NCBI GenBank assembly: GCA_021780155.1
Contig: JAJXZH010000011.1
Coordinates: 846-64,845 of the forward strand
DNA length: 64,000 bases
Direction: 5' to 3'
Source: a bacterium
Lineage (GTDB): Bacteria > Patescibacteriota > Minisyncoccia > UBA6257 > JAGOQP01
Below the pieces are notes generated by a model. The model was not told the origin of the DNA and ran no database searches. It saw only the letters and a program-made list of their open reading frames with translations. The translations under genes and the position numbers were made by a program. Positions within the stretch are counted from its first letter, which is position 1. Each line of letters begins with the position of its first letter. Positions 19,552-29,575 of the stretch are shown piece after piece.

Positions 19552-21093
19552 TTATTGAGCGGGACAAGAGAAAGACGATAAGGCGCTATTGAAATTATCC
19601 AACATCGTCTCGGTTGTTCCTGTCTGCCCGGAACCGGCCATTTGAGCATCACCCACTATTGTCTTATTGGCGTCGTTATTAATAAAATCACTATATTTTG
19701 ATTGTGCTTGACTAACGGCGCTGTCGTCGGAATAGTCAAGATTGTTAAGTTCGTCTAAATTAGCCGATGCTTCGTTGGCCACAGCGGAAAATCCCTGTCC
19801 AAATGTATTTAAATAATCTAAAGCGGCAGAAATTGTCATCTGGACCATAGTTCCCCCTCCTTGATCAAGAGAAATTTCGGAAGAAGAACAAGTGCTATTA
19901 AATCCACTAGCCAAAGCAATGTCGGCGTTAACTTTGGGAGTTAAAACATTATTTATATAACTGGAAACTTCGGTATATGTTTTAACGGAATCGGCTAAAG
20001 CTTGTTTATTGGCGCTTATTTTATCTCCTTGAATATTTGACGGGATATCGGAATTATTTATTCCCTGATTGGCTCCGCTTACCGACCAATCACTTCCATT
20101 ACTACTGATTCGGCTCAAACCATCTTTTAATATTCTTGACGCCAAAGCATTAAGAATTGCAGCCAAAGCGCTCTGAACATTTGAAGAAAATTCAAAATTA
20201 GCCCCAACAGCTTTCATTATTGCTCCTGCCGCTACGCTCCCGGGAGTTTTTATTTCCCAAGAAGTGCACTCACTCTGAACGGCATAATTAACACAAGCAT
20301 CGTGTTGTGGATCTCCTTCACATGTCGTTTCGGCATCGGCTAAAGCTTGTTGATCGGTACATACCTTATTATCAGTAAATCCCTGAGAAGCAATCGCTTG
20401 AGTTTGAGCGATCGTGCTTTGGGTTGATATTTTTTGATTCACCGCATCTTCAAGATTACTCCAGGCCAATGCAGAATCGACTTGAGGAGAAATTAAAGCA
20501 TCAAACCCCGACCAACCCATATCGGTAAAAATAGACACCGGTCCGTTTGGATTTTCAATATTTCTTTTTATATCATCAAAAGTACATTGAGTTGGAACCC
20601 CATAGTATTGGTCCCCACTTCCTCCGTATCCGTATTGTTGAGCCAAGATACCCAACCTTGCTTGAAATTGAACTCCCAGTGGAGCGCAAAGATTAATTTT
20701 GCCACTGCTTAAATCACCTACGTATTTTATCGCCGTGCTTACACCAATATCAGTCGCAGATTGACTTAAATAATTTTTCCAATCGGAAATATAACCGGAG
20801 CCGTTACTGCCATTTCCTGAATTGCCATTTATTTGAGCCACTATGTCTCTTTGCATTTTTGATATAACAATAGCTACAATCACATCCCTGTAATGTTTCT
20901 GTATTTCAGTCCAAGCAGTTGCCAAATATTCTTGTACAGCCGTCTGCAAAATACTAGGGATGCTAACCAAAACTGATGTCGGATAAAACGCTTGAGCTAC
21001 ATTTGTTTTTTGTCCAAAAATTCCAAAGAAATTAACTGCTACTACGGAAAAAATGACAAACAAAATAATAAATTTTTTAAATGCGGTTTTCAT
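19552..21093 (-). CDS. secreted Cys-containing hypothetical protein (possible surface/adhesin component)
   Basis: Signal peptide. 513 aa with multiple Cys pairs. No catalytic motif. Confidence 0.35.
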   Translation of the reverse strand: MKTAFKKFIILFVIFSVVAVNFFGIFGQKTNVAQAFYPTSVLVSIPSILQTAVQEYLATAWTEIQKHYRDVIVAIVISKMQRDIVAQINGNSGNGSNGSGYISDWKNYLSQSATDIGVSTAIKYVGDLSSGKINLCAPLGVQFQARLGILAQQYGYGGSGDQYYGVPTQCTFDDIKRNIENPNGPVSIFTDMGWSGFDALISPQVDSALAWSNLEDAVNQKISTQSTIAQTQAIASQGFTDNKVCTDQQALADAETTCEGDPQHDACVNYAVQSECTSWEIKTPGSVAAGAIMKAVGANFEFSSNVQSALAAILNALASRILKDGLSRISSNGSDWSVSGANQGINNSDIPSNIQGDKISANKQALADSVKTYTEVSSYINNVLTPKVNADIALASGFNSTCSSSEISLDQGGGTMVQMTISAALDYLNTFGQGFSAVANEASANLDELNNLDYSDDSAVSQAQSKYSDFINNDANKTIVGDAQMAGSGQTGTTETMLDNFNSALSSFSCPAQ

Positions 21094-21926
21094 TTGTTTA
21101 AATTATATTTTTTTATTATTGAATCATATAAAATAGCCAACTCTTGAGATTCACTTGTCATCTCCGTCGCTCCATCAGTGGAGGCGATATATGCTTTAAT
21201 CGGGTCGTTATTCCCATCTCTTATGGCTTCAAAAATAATGGCTGAATTTTTCAAAAATATCAGAGATTTTTCATGAAACATAACCAGGCTCGATGGAACT
21301 TCCAACTCTATAAGTTTATCATATCCGGAATTAAAATCCGAGATGAGCTGGTCTAATTGCTGGCTATTGCCATTATCCACTGCGTCGGTAAGAATTTTGC
21401 TTATTTGTTGAGGATGGGAAATAAAAGTATTTGCCGCTTGAGTAAAAATAATTGAATATTGCTGGCCATAATTTTGTAATGACGACGAAGAATTGTCGCT
21501 GGTTGTTAAAATGCTCGATGTAGCAATTGAGGAAATTAACCCCAATGGATTATTCTTAAATTGATCCATCAACTTATTGATATCCACAGACGAATTGGCT
21601 GAATTTATCTGGTCAACCAATGACTTAGAATCAGTCGTATTATTTAAATTGATTTTTGATAAAAATTGTGATGCCACATTATTGGATATTTGATCGGTTA
21701 AATTGTAAAATCCAACATTTGCGCTACTTGTTGAATTTTGTTGAGAGGAAACCGGACTCACATAAGGAGTAGATGAATTATTTAAAGAAGAATCGGACAC
21801 CGTAATAGGAGAACCGGCCCCGGAATTAACCGTCGATTTTCCCAAAAATCCGGAGGCTAACCAATAACCGACAAAAATAATCGTTATTAAAATAAAAACG
21901 GCAAAAATTTGATTTTCCTTGTTCAT
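21090..21926 (-). CDS. membrane-anchored Ser/Asn-rich hypothetical protein
   Basis: One N-terminal TM, then a low-complexity S/N/T-rich region. Its stop overlaps the start of the downstream ORF. Confidence 0.35.
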   Translation of the reverse strand: MNKENQIFAVFILITIIFVGYWLASGFLGKSTVNSGAGSPITVSDSSLNNSSTPYVSPVSSQQNSTSSANVGFYNLTDQISNNVASQFLSKINLNNTTDSKSLVDQINSANSSVDINKLMDQFKNNPLGLISSIATSSILTTSDNSSSSLQNYGQQYSIIFTQAANTFISHPQQISKILTDAVDNGNSQQLDQLISDFNSGYDKLIELEVPSSLVMFHEKSLIFLKNSAIIFEAIRDGNNDPIKAYIASTDGATEMTSESQELAILYDSIIKKYNLNK

Positions 21927-21954
21927 TCAAATAAATTATAGTATTTATTTATCT

Positions 21955-22755
21955 TCAAAACAATAGAGAAATTTTATAAACATCTCGTGGATTGATGTTT
22001 TGAGGGCGGACACTCCCGTTCAATGAATATTTTTCTAAAATAGCCGACGCCTCTTTTTTATTAACCCCTCCCGCAACAAGATTATTGATTAATGTTTTTC
22101 TCGGTTGTTTAAATGCTTTTCTTATAAAAGAATAATATTTGTCGGCATTTTTCCAATCAACATCATTTTTTAGACTCAGCTCCAACACGGCCGACTCAAC
22201 TTCCGGCGGAGGAGAAAAATTTCCGGCAGAAACCGACATTATAATTTTTGGCTTTGCCCAAAAACCGACGCTCATTGAGAGTAAGTTTGAATGAGGCGCT
22301 TGAGCGCAAATTCTCAAAGCGACTTCTTTTTGAATCAACAAAATCGCTTTTGTCGGTTTAAATTTCAATTCCCCAATAATTCGCAAAAGATGGCCGGTAA
22401 TGTAATAAGGAATATTGCCAACGAGTTTGTATTTTGTATTTTGTATTTTGTATTTTGAATGCAAAACGGGAAGAATTTTTAGAGCATCTCCGCAAATAAT
22501 CTTCACATCTTTGTCATTCAAAAATTTTTCTTCCAAAAAATCGGATAAGTGTCTATCTTTTTCAATCCCGATTATTTTTACTTTTGATTTTCCCTGCCTG
22601 CCGGTAGGTATAGGATTTTTGATTTTTTCCGTAAGTTCTCCGTGCCCCGGTCCTATTTCAACTATCAAGTCTCCCTCTTGGACATCAATGGCTTGTTCTA
22701 TTTTTTCCAAAATTGTTTGGTTTTTTAAAAAATGTTGTCCCAGATATCTTGGCAT
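21955..22755 (-). CDS. ksgA: 16S rRNA (adenine1518/1519-N6)-dimethyltransferase
   Basis: MPRYLGQHFL start. SAM-binding VEIGPGHGELT. VGNIPYYIT motif. Confidence 0.9.
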   Translation of the reverse strand: MPRYLGQHFLKNQTILEKIEQAIDVQEGDLIVEIGPGHGELTEKIKNPIPTGRQGKSKVKIIGIEKDRHLSDFLEEKFLNDKDVKIICGDALKILPVLHSKYKIQNTKYKLVGNIPYYITGHLLRIIGELKFKPTKAILLIQKEVALRICAQAPHSNLLSMSVGFWAKPKIIMSVSAGNFSPPPEVESAVLELSLKNDVDWKNADKYYSFIRKAFKQPRKTLINNLVAGGVNKKEASAILEKYSLNGSVRPQNINPRDVYKISLLF

Positions 22756-22788
22756 ATTTTGATGTTAAATATTAATTTTTTAATATCT

Positions 22789-24594
22789 TTAATCGTACTC
22801 TATATATCTTTCTTCGTCATCAAAAGAACGCTTACCTTCAAATTCAAGATTATTTGACGGCAATTCACTTAAAAACCTTGAGGGCAACTTATAAAAATTT
22901 AAGTAAAGTTCCTCTTTGGCTCTGGTCATTGCCACATACATCAATCTTCTCTCCTCCTCTATGTCCTGTGAAGAAAAAAATGATCTCTGGTGCGGTAGAA
23001 GCCCTTCGTTGACGCCAACAACAAAAACAACATCAAACTCAAGCCCCTTGGCAAGATGAATGGTCATCAGATTAATCCCGCTTAAATATTTTTTATCTCT
23101 TTTTTTGCGGACATTTCCATCAAGAGGAGAAGCTAAAGAAATTTTTTCCAAAAAATCGGCTAGATTTGAAAATTGCTGAGCAAAATAAACCAGTTCTTGT
23201 ATATTTTCCAAACGTTCGGAAAAGTTCGGGTAAGTTTTTTCAAGCAATGCCGAATAATCGGTTGCTTTCATAAAATAATCCACAATTTGAACCGGTTTTA
23301 AGGACGATTTTGATGGCAGTTCTTCTTTTATTTTTAAATATGTTTTTTTGTAAAAATTTTTTTCCAAACGCGACAAACTGATTTCATCCGATGGATTAGA
23401 ACAATATTTCAAAGCCGCCACCAAGTCCTTGATTTCTTTGCGTTCATAAAAAGTAAGCGCTCCAAACAAATTATATTCTATCCCATACTCCAAAAGCATC
23501 TGCTCCAAAGCGCGTGATTGGGCGTTGGTCCTAAATAAAATTCCGACATTTTTTCCTTGTTTTAAATAACCAGACGATGTCTGAATAACAAAATCCGCCT
23601 CTTCAAATTCATCCTCGTGCTCCACGACTTTTATTAGTGAACCTTCTTGATTTTGAGTCCAAAGTTTTTTTGGTTTTTGAAAAGCATTGTTAGCGATCAA
23701 ACCGGAGGAGGAATTAATAATATTTTTGGTTGAGCGATAATTTTGTTCCAAAAAAATAATTTTCGCTTCAGGCCAATCTTTTTCAAAGTTCAAAAAATTT
23801 CTGAAATCGGAAAATCTAAACCCATAAATTGCCTGCTGGTCGTCTCCGACAACGTTGATATTTTTGTGCGCTTCCGAAATCATTTTAATCAAACGATATT
23901 GGACGGTATTGGTATCCTGATATTCATCCACCAAAACATAATCATATTTGGATTGATATTTTTTTAAAATTTCTCCATCTTTCACAAAAAGCCAAAAAAC
24001 TTTTTCCAGCAAATCGTCAAAATCAAAAGCGTTGTTTCTTTCCAAAAACTTTTCGTATTCTTTGAAAAGAAAGATGATTTTTTTTGATTTTTCACTTTCT
24101 TGAAAATCTTCCTCATCGGTCAATTCGCTTTTTATCTTTGAAAATTCTTTAAGCGCCGTCGCTGGCGAAAAATCGGATGTCGGTATATTAAAATTTTTTA
24201 GTATTTTTTTAATGGCGGATAAGGAGTCATCTCTGTCAAAAATAGAGAAAGCTGAGTTTCTGCCAAAAAACTTGCCTTCTTTTCTTAAAATACTCGCCCC
24301 AAAAGAATGAAATGTGCCAACAAATGGTTCACTTGAAATTTTTATTTTAGAAGAAAAAAGGGCTTTTTTTACTCTCTCCTTCATTTCGTCAGCCGCTTTA
24401 TTGGTGAAGGTTATAGCTAAAATTCTCTCGGGTTTTATATTTTTCTGGCCGATTAAATAAGCCAATCTTGATGTTAAAGTTTTGGTTTTTCCCGAACCGG
24501 CTCCGGCCACTATCAAAAGCGGTCCGTTTCCATATTCTACGGCTTCTTTTTGTTTTAAATTAAGCTCATCATTCATCGTGTATTGAGAATACAC
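22789..24594 (-). CDS. UvrD/PcrA/Rep-family superfamily 1 DNA helicase
   Basis: Motif I AGAGSGKTKTL. DEYQDTN (motif II). Conserved arginine-containing motifs. 601 aa is short for the family. Confidence 0.85.
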   Translation of the reverse strand: MYSQYTMNDELNLKQKEAVEYGNGPLLIVAGAGSGKTKTLTSRLAYLIGQKNIKPERILAITFTNKAADEMKERVKKALFSSKIKISSEPFVGTFHSFGASILRKEGKFFGRNSAFSIFDRDDSLSAIKKILKNFNIPTSDFSPATALKEFSKIKSELTDEEDFQESEKSKKIIFLFKEYEKFLERNNAFDFDDLLEKVFWLFVKDGEILKKYQSKYDYVLVDEYQDTNTVQYRLIKMISEAHKNINVVGDDQQAIYGFRFSDFRNFLNFEKDWPEAKIIFLEQNYRSTKNIINSSSGLIANNAFQKPKKLWTQNQEGSLIKVVEHEDEFEEADFVIQTSSGYLKQGKNVGILFRTNAQSRALEQMLLEYGIEYNLFGALTFYERKEIKDLVAALKYCSNPSDEISLSRLEKNFYKKTYLKIKEELPSKSSLKPVQIVDYFMKATDYSALLEKTYPNFSERLENIQELVYFAQQFSNLADFLEKISLASPLDGNVRKKRDKKYLSGINLMTIHLAKGLEFDVVFVVGVNEGLLPHQRSFFSSQDIEEERRLMYVAMTRAKEELYLNFYKLPSRFLSELPSNNLEFEGKRSFDDEERYIEYD

Positions 24595-24610
24595 AAGATT
24601 TAATCAATTT

Positions 24611-26269
24611 TCAAAAGATAACCGCTACCATTACCAAAATAATATAACAAAGATAAGCAAAAAATATTGGCTTTTCGGAATAATTTTTTCTTGACGCCAG
24701 CCAATAAAAAATAATTCCAAAAATTATTGCCGGAAAATATAATGCCGAAATTTTTAAAAATATCGGGAAAATTATTGTTGACACAAAAAGTATCGCCCCA
24801 ATGATTTTTTTTCCGACACTCAGTCCAAATAAAGATGGGATGGTTGAAATAGATTGTTCTTTGTCTCCTTGAAAATCTTTAATGTCTTTAAAATTGCCCG
24901 CCAAAAAAACCGCCAGAATTGTTAAAAAAGCAATATTTATGGGGAAATCATTAATCGTCGCTTTGGGAAAGGCCACAAAAAATCCACCCATAACAAAAAA
25001 TAAATAGGCCATGGCTATTAAAAAAATGTTAAGCAAAAAAACTTTTTTTAATCTCAATGGAGGAGATGAATATAAGAAGGCCAACCCCAAAGAAGCAAGA
25101 ACCAGAATAAAAAAATAAAAATTGAGCACCAAAGAACCAATTAAGGACATCAAAGAAAATATGAGAGAAAGATATCTGAATTGAGAAGAGCTCATCTTGC
25201 CTGATGGAAGGGGTCTGTTTGAATTAGAAACGGCATCTATTTGATAATCATAAATGTCATTATGAAAAATTGTCGCCAAATGAAATAAAAATGCCGACAG
25301 CGCCAGGTCAATCAGGCAAAAAATATTGATGAAATTAAATTGAACCGGAATGTTTTGATATTTCCATGCCACTACCACTCCGATAAAAGACATCACCACA
25401 TAAGCCACTCCTCTTTCCCACCTAAAATTATCGACTACCGTTTTCAATAGATTTTTATTGTAAATGAAGAATAAAATAAAAATCCCCAACACGAAAGCAG
25501 GAAAAATGATAGCCGACGAAATTAAATCAAGCCAAATATTATAGGATTGAGAAGAAAGAAATTCAAAATAATTGTGTCCAACAAAAAGAATATTGAAATT
25601 ATTATAAAAAAGATTCAAAAAATAAGCGACCGGATGCAACGATAATGGATTTTGAAAAATAATAATAAAACTCGGCAACGAACCAAAAAGCATTATTGCT
25701 AAATAACCAAAAAATGCAGCCAGCAACGTCTTAAGCAAATTTCTTGTTTTGGCAAAAATATAAACTGCCATTAAAAACAAAAATACAAATATCTCAACTC
25801 GAATAGAAATGCTAAAATTAAAGACCGAATTAAAATTAAAAAAAAATCCAAAAATGCTCCCAAATAATTGGCTCCAATTTTGAGCAAAAATATAAGAATA
25901 AGATCTAAAAACTGGCTCATTTATCACGAAGGGCAAAAGGATTGAAATAAAAATTAAAGGAAAGAATATCAAAATTGATTTAAAAACCTTTTCTATTTTT
26001 TCTTTGGAAAATAAATGCAAAATTATAATAATAGAAATAACTACTGATGCATACCATAAAAACATATGCAAAAAAGAAGCGGCGGTTAAAAACTGACCCA
26101 AATACCCCAATCCCGAAAAACTATCCAAAAGAAATCTAAACAATACGACTACAAAGAAAAAACCTACCCAGTTTAATAACGAGGCATTATTATTTTCAAT
26201 CTTGTCTATTATTTTATTTACTAAGTTAATCATCTTTAATAATTGAATTTTACAACATTTATTTTGCAT
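24611..26269 (-). CDS. polytopic membrane protein with C-terminal UbiA-family prenyltransferase domain
   Basis: The C-terminal half carries the UbiA motif NDIYDYQIDAVSNSNRPLPSG. The N-terminal ~280 aa form an extra multi-TM domain of unknown function. Confidence 0.6.
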   Translation of the reverse strand: MQNKCCKIQLLKMINLVNKIIDKIENNNASLLNWVGFFFVVVLFRFLLDSFSGLGYLGQFLTAASFLHMFLWYASVVISIIIILHLFSKEKIEKVFKSILIFFPLIFISILLPFVINEPVFRSYSYIFAQNWSQLFGSIFGFFFNFNSVFNFSISIRVEIFVFLFLMAVYIFAKTRNLLKTLLAAFFGYLAIMLFGSLPSFIIIFQNPLSLHPVAYFLNLFYNNFNILFVGHNYFEFLSSQSYNIWLDLISSAIIFPAFVLGIFILFFIYNKNLLKTVVDNFRWERGVAYVVMSFIGVVVAWKYQNIPVQFNFINIFCLIDLALSAFLFHLATIFHNDIYDYQIDAVSNSNRPLPSGKMSSSQFRYLSLIFSLMSLIGSLVLNFYFFILVLASLGLAFLYSSPPLRLKKVFLLNIFLIAMAYLFFVMGGFFVAFPKATINDFPINIAFLTILAVFLAGNFKDIKDFQGDKEQSISTIPSLFGLSVGKKIIGAILFVSTIIFPIFLKISALYFPAIIFGIIFYWLASRKNYSEKPIFFAYLCYIILVMVAVIF

Positions 26270-26546
26270 TTTCTCTTGGTAATCGTCGATTGATTATTAT
26301 TATATAATAAGCAACGCAGAGAAAAAAGAGATCAATAGTTGTGAGGGGGGGGTTGATAACTCATCAAAATCCAATGGGAGCCACACATTCCACCGCTCAG
26401 GAAGTGGAAAGGTGATTAATCCTTCCACTAATCCCATCATTTGAAATATTCGAACAAAAAGTTCTAATATTTTATTTAATCAATTTTCAAAAAATAACCG
26501 CCACTACCAACCAATTTAAAATTATTTTCCTTTAAAATATCCATGC

Positions 26547-27590
26547 TTATGGATGGAAGAAAAATGCCACCGCTATTATGGCATAAGCCGCAATTAACTG
26601 AGCTCCTTCCAACCAATTGCTTTCGCCATCTTGGACAACCAGATCGGTTATAAAAACCGACAAGGCAATGGCGGCTAATTCAAATGGTTTAAAAACCAAA
26701 CTCATCTGATTTTTTAAAAACAAACTACTCAAAACCAAAACGGGAGCAACAAATAAAGCAATCTGAGTCGCCGAGCCAATTGACACCTGAATTGCCAAAT
26801 TCATTTTGTTTTTGATTGCCATAGTGATAGCCGAAGTATGCTCAGCCGCGTTACCGATAATTGCTATAAATATGACTCCGACAAATAACTCGGTCCATCC
26901 AAGTTTAATTACTAACGGCTCAATAGAACCAACAAGGATGTCGCTCATCCAAGCGACAAAAATGGTAGCGATAAATAAAATCAGAAGGCTTTTTTTCTTG
27001 CTCCATTTTGCTTCTTGTTCGCCGACTTCCTCCACATAAAGATGTTTATGCGTTTTTAATGAAAATAAAAGTTGAGCCACATAAATAAAAATCATAAACA
27101 CGGAAACAAAAATACTAAGCTCTTCAATAATTCCACTCGAAGAACCTCCGGTGTTGTAGAAAATCGCCGGAATAACAAGTGCGATGACGGCAAGTAACAG
27201 CGTTGAAGCGCTGGCCAAAACAGCCGTTTTATTAAATTCTTGTTTTTTATTTTTGATTCCTCCAAAAAACATTGCCATTCCCAAAACGAGCAGTAAATTT
27301 CCTATAATCGAACCAGTGATTGAAGCTTTGACCACCTCGAGCAATCCGGCTTTAATAGCCATTATGCCGATAATCAATTCGGTAGCATTGCCAAATGTCG
27401 CATTTAAAAGTCCGCCCAATGCCGGACCGGTATAAACCGAGAGTTCTTCGGTAGATTCTCCAATGTATTTTGCCAAAGGCACTATCGCCAAAGCGGAAGA
27501 GAAAAAAATTAAAACCGGCGATGCTCCAAAAAAATTTACCAGAGCCGCAATCGGCACAAAAATCAATAACCCCAAAAATATTTTATTCAT
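26547..27590 (-). CDS. Ca2+/H+ (cation/proton) antiporter, CaCA/CAX family
   Basis: Two alpha-repeat signatures GNATE (FGNATELIIG) and GNAAEH (IIGNAAEHTS). About 10 TM helices. Confidence 0.8.
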   Translation of the reverse strand: MNKIFLGLLIFVPIAALVNFFGASPVLIFFSSALAIVPLAKYIGESTEELSVYTGPALGGLLNATFGNATELIIGIMAIKAGLLEVVKASITGSIIGNLLLVLGMAMFFGGIKNKKQEFNKTAVLASASTLLLAVIALVIPAIFYNTGGSSSGIIEELSIFVSVFMIFIYVAQLLFSLKTHKHLYVEEVGEQEAKWSKKKSLLILFIATIFVAWMSDILVGSIEPLVIKLGWTELFVGVIFIAIIGNAAEHTSAITMAIKNKMNLAIQVSIGSATQIALFVAPVLVLSSLFLKNQMSLVFKPFELAAIALSVFITDLVVQDGESNWLEGAQLIAAYAIIAVAFFFHP

Positions 27591-27630
27591 TTTTAAAAAC
27601 TTAAATAAAATTATATCACTTAAATTTTAT

Positions 27631-29169
27631 TTAAGCCAAAACTCTTGTTCTGTAAGAAAATGCCTCGCTTAATGATTGTTCATCCACGATTTCTTTGCCA
27701 TCCATATCGGCAATTGTTTGGGCGACTTTCAAGATCTTAAAATATCCCCTCGCCGATATATATGCCTTATCCAATGCTTTGTTTAAAAAATTTTTAGACT
27801 TCAAATCAAGTCTGACGATTTCATCGGTCATTCTTGAAGAAAGTTCAGAGTTGGAATGGATATCCAAATTCATTTTCTTAAATCTTAACCTCTGGATTTC
27901 TCTAGCTGATTCAATTGTCTTTTTTAATTCTTGAGAATAATTTTTATCCGTTTCTTTTTGAAAATCGTCCGATTTCAAACGATTGACCCAAATATGAATA
28001 TCTATCCTATCCAAAAGAGGTCCTGATAATTTTTTTTGATATTTTAATATTTCATAAGCGCTACAACGGCATTCTTTTTCTTCATCTTGATAATATCCAC
28101 AAGGACAAGGATTTGACGCCGCCACCAGCATAAATTTTGCCGGAAAAACAACGGCGCCCTTTGAACGAGTAATGGTTATGTTTCCGTTTTCAAGCGGTTG
28201 ACGCAACGCCTCCAAAACATCTCTGTGAAACTCTGGCAGTTCATCCAGAAACAAAACCCCTCTGTGAGCCAGGCTTATTTCTCCAGGTTTTGGATTTTGT
28301 CCACCACCAACAATAGAAACCAACGACGCCGAATGATGGGGCGACCTAAACGGACGAGATGCCAAAAACTGCTTTCCAAAAAGAAGTCCTGCGGCGCTGT
28401 AAATTTGTGTTGTTTCCAACGCTTCATCAAAATCAATTTCGGGCAAAATCGATACCAATGCTTGAGCCAACATTGTTTTACCTGCGCCTGGCGGTCCGGA
28501 CATAAAAATATTGTGGCCTCCGGCAGCGGCAATGGAAAGCGCCCTTTTTGCCGATTCTTGACCCTTGATTTCTGAAATGTCCACACCTCCGGAAATTTTT
28601 TGAGGAACAAATTCTTCCGCATACAAAGATATAATTTTTTCTCTATTTTCAAGATGATTTATTAGCATTTTTAGAGAATCAACCGGATAGATTTCTATCC
28701 CTGAAATATTGGCAGCCTCTGCCGAATTTTGTTTTGGAATATAAACCTCTTTGAATCCTCTTTCTCTCGCCATAAAACAGATATTCAAAGCTCCGGCGAT
28801 GGGACGGATAGATCCATCCAAAGCAAGCTCTCCAACAAAAATTTTATCTTTGGAGTCAAAATTTTTTATTTGCTCGGAAGCGATTAAATAACCCAACGCT
28901 ATGGAAACGTCGTATTGAGAGCCAAATTTTTTTAAATCCGCCGGGGCAAGATTGACGGTTATTTTGCGATTTTCTCTGGTAGGAGGTTTGACGCCGACAT
29001 TTTTTAAAGCCGAGGAGACTCTTTCTTTCGCCTCAGAAACGGCCTTGTCGGCAAGACCAACCAAAGTAAACGACGATAAGCCGACGTTGATGTCCACCTC
29101 CACCTCTATAATTCTTGATGATATTCCTTCAATATCGGCGGTGTAAATTTTTGCTATTTTTCCCGACAT
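27631..29169 (-). CDS. YifB/ComM-family Mg-chelatase-like AAA+ ATPase
   Basis: N-terminal Lon-like domain. Walker A GPPGAGKTMLAQ. Walker B VLFLDELPEF. C-terminal Mg-chelatase ChlI-like region. Confidence 0.85.
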   Translation of the reverse strand: MSGKIAKIYTADIEGISSRIIEVEVDINVGLSSFTLVGLADKAVSEAKERVSSALKNVGVKPPTRENRKITVNLAPADLKKFGSQYDVSIALGYLIASEQIKNFDSKDKIFVGELALDGSIRPIAGALNICFMARERGFKEVYIPKQNSAEAANISGIEIYPVDSLKMLINHLENREKIISLYAEEFVPQKISGGVDISEIKGQESAKRALSIAAAGGHNIFMSGPPGAGKTMLAQALVSILPEIDFDEALETTQIYSAAGLLFGKQFLASRPFRSPHHSASLVSIVGGGQNPKPGEISLAHRGVLFLDELPEFHRDVLEALRQPLENGNITITRSKGAVVFPAKFMLVAASNPCPCGYYQDEEKECRCSAYEILKYQKKLSGPLLDRIDIHIWVNRLKSDDFQKETDKNYSQELKKTIESAREIQRLRFKKMNLDIHSNSELSSRMTDEIVRLDLKSKNFLNKALDKAYISARGYFKILKVAQTIADMDGKEIVDEQSLSEAFSYRTRVLA

Positions 29170-29221
29170 TATAATAAATAAAAAACCCTCATCCTTTTGG
29201 GTTGGGGGTTTAATAATTAAA

Positions 29222-29566
29222 TTATTTTTTACCTATATTTTTTTTATTACATTCCCGACAAAACTTCGCTTCGGGAGAAATGTCTAAAATTTCTTCTTCT
29301 ATTTCTCCGGAGCAATTTTCGCACTTTCCGTAATTTCCTTTTTGGATTTTTATCAAAGCCGATTCGACTTCATCCAGTTCGTCTCTAAGCGATGAAGCTG
29401 ACGAACGCTGGTTAAATGCCTGTTCGGATTCGTCGGTATTTTCATCCTCTCCGGGAAAATCACCCATATCCACGGGAGTTTCAAGATGATTAATTTCATC
29501 TTCTAAGGATTGCTTCATCTCTTCCAGCGTATTTTTATATTTTTCTATTTTTTCTTTGGATAACAT
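29222..29566 (-). CDS. DksA/TraR-family C4 zinc-finger protein
   Basis: Coiled-coil N-terminus, acidic tip, and C-terminal CxxC...CxxC (CENCSGEIEE...CRECNKK). Confidence 0.6.
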   Translation of the reverse strand: MLSKEKIEKYKNTLEEMKQSLEDEINHLETPVDMGDFPGEDENTDESEQAFNQRSSASSLRDELDEVESALIKIQKGNYGKCENCSGEIEEEILDISPEAKFCRECNKKNIGKK

Positions 29567-29575
29567 TTTGAAACT

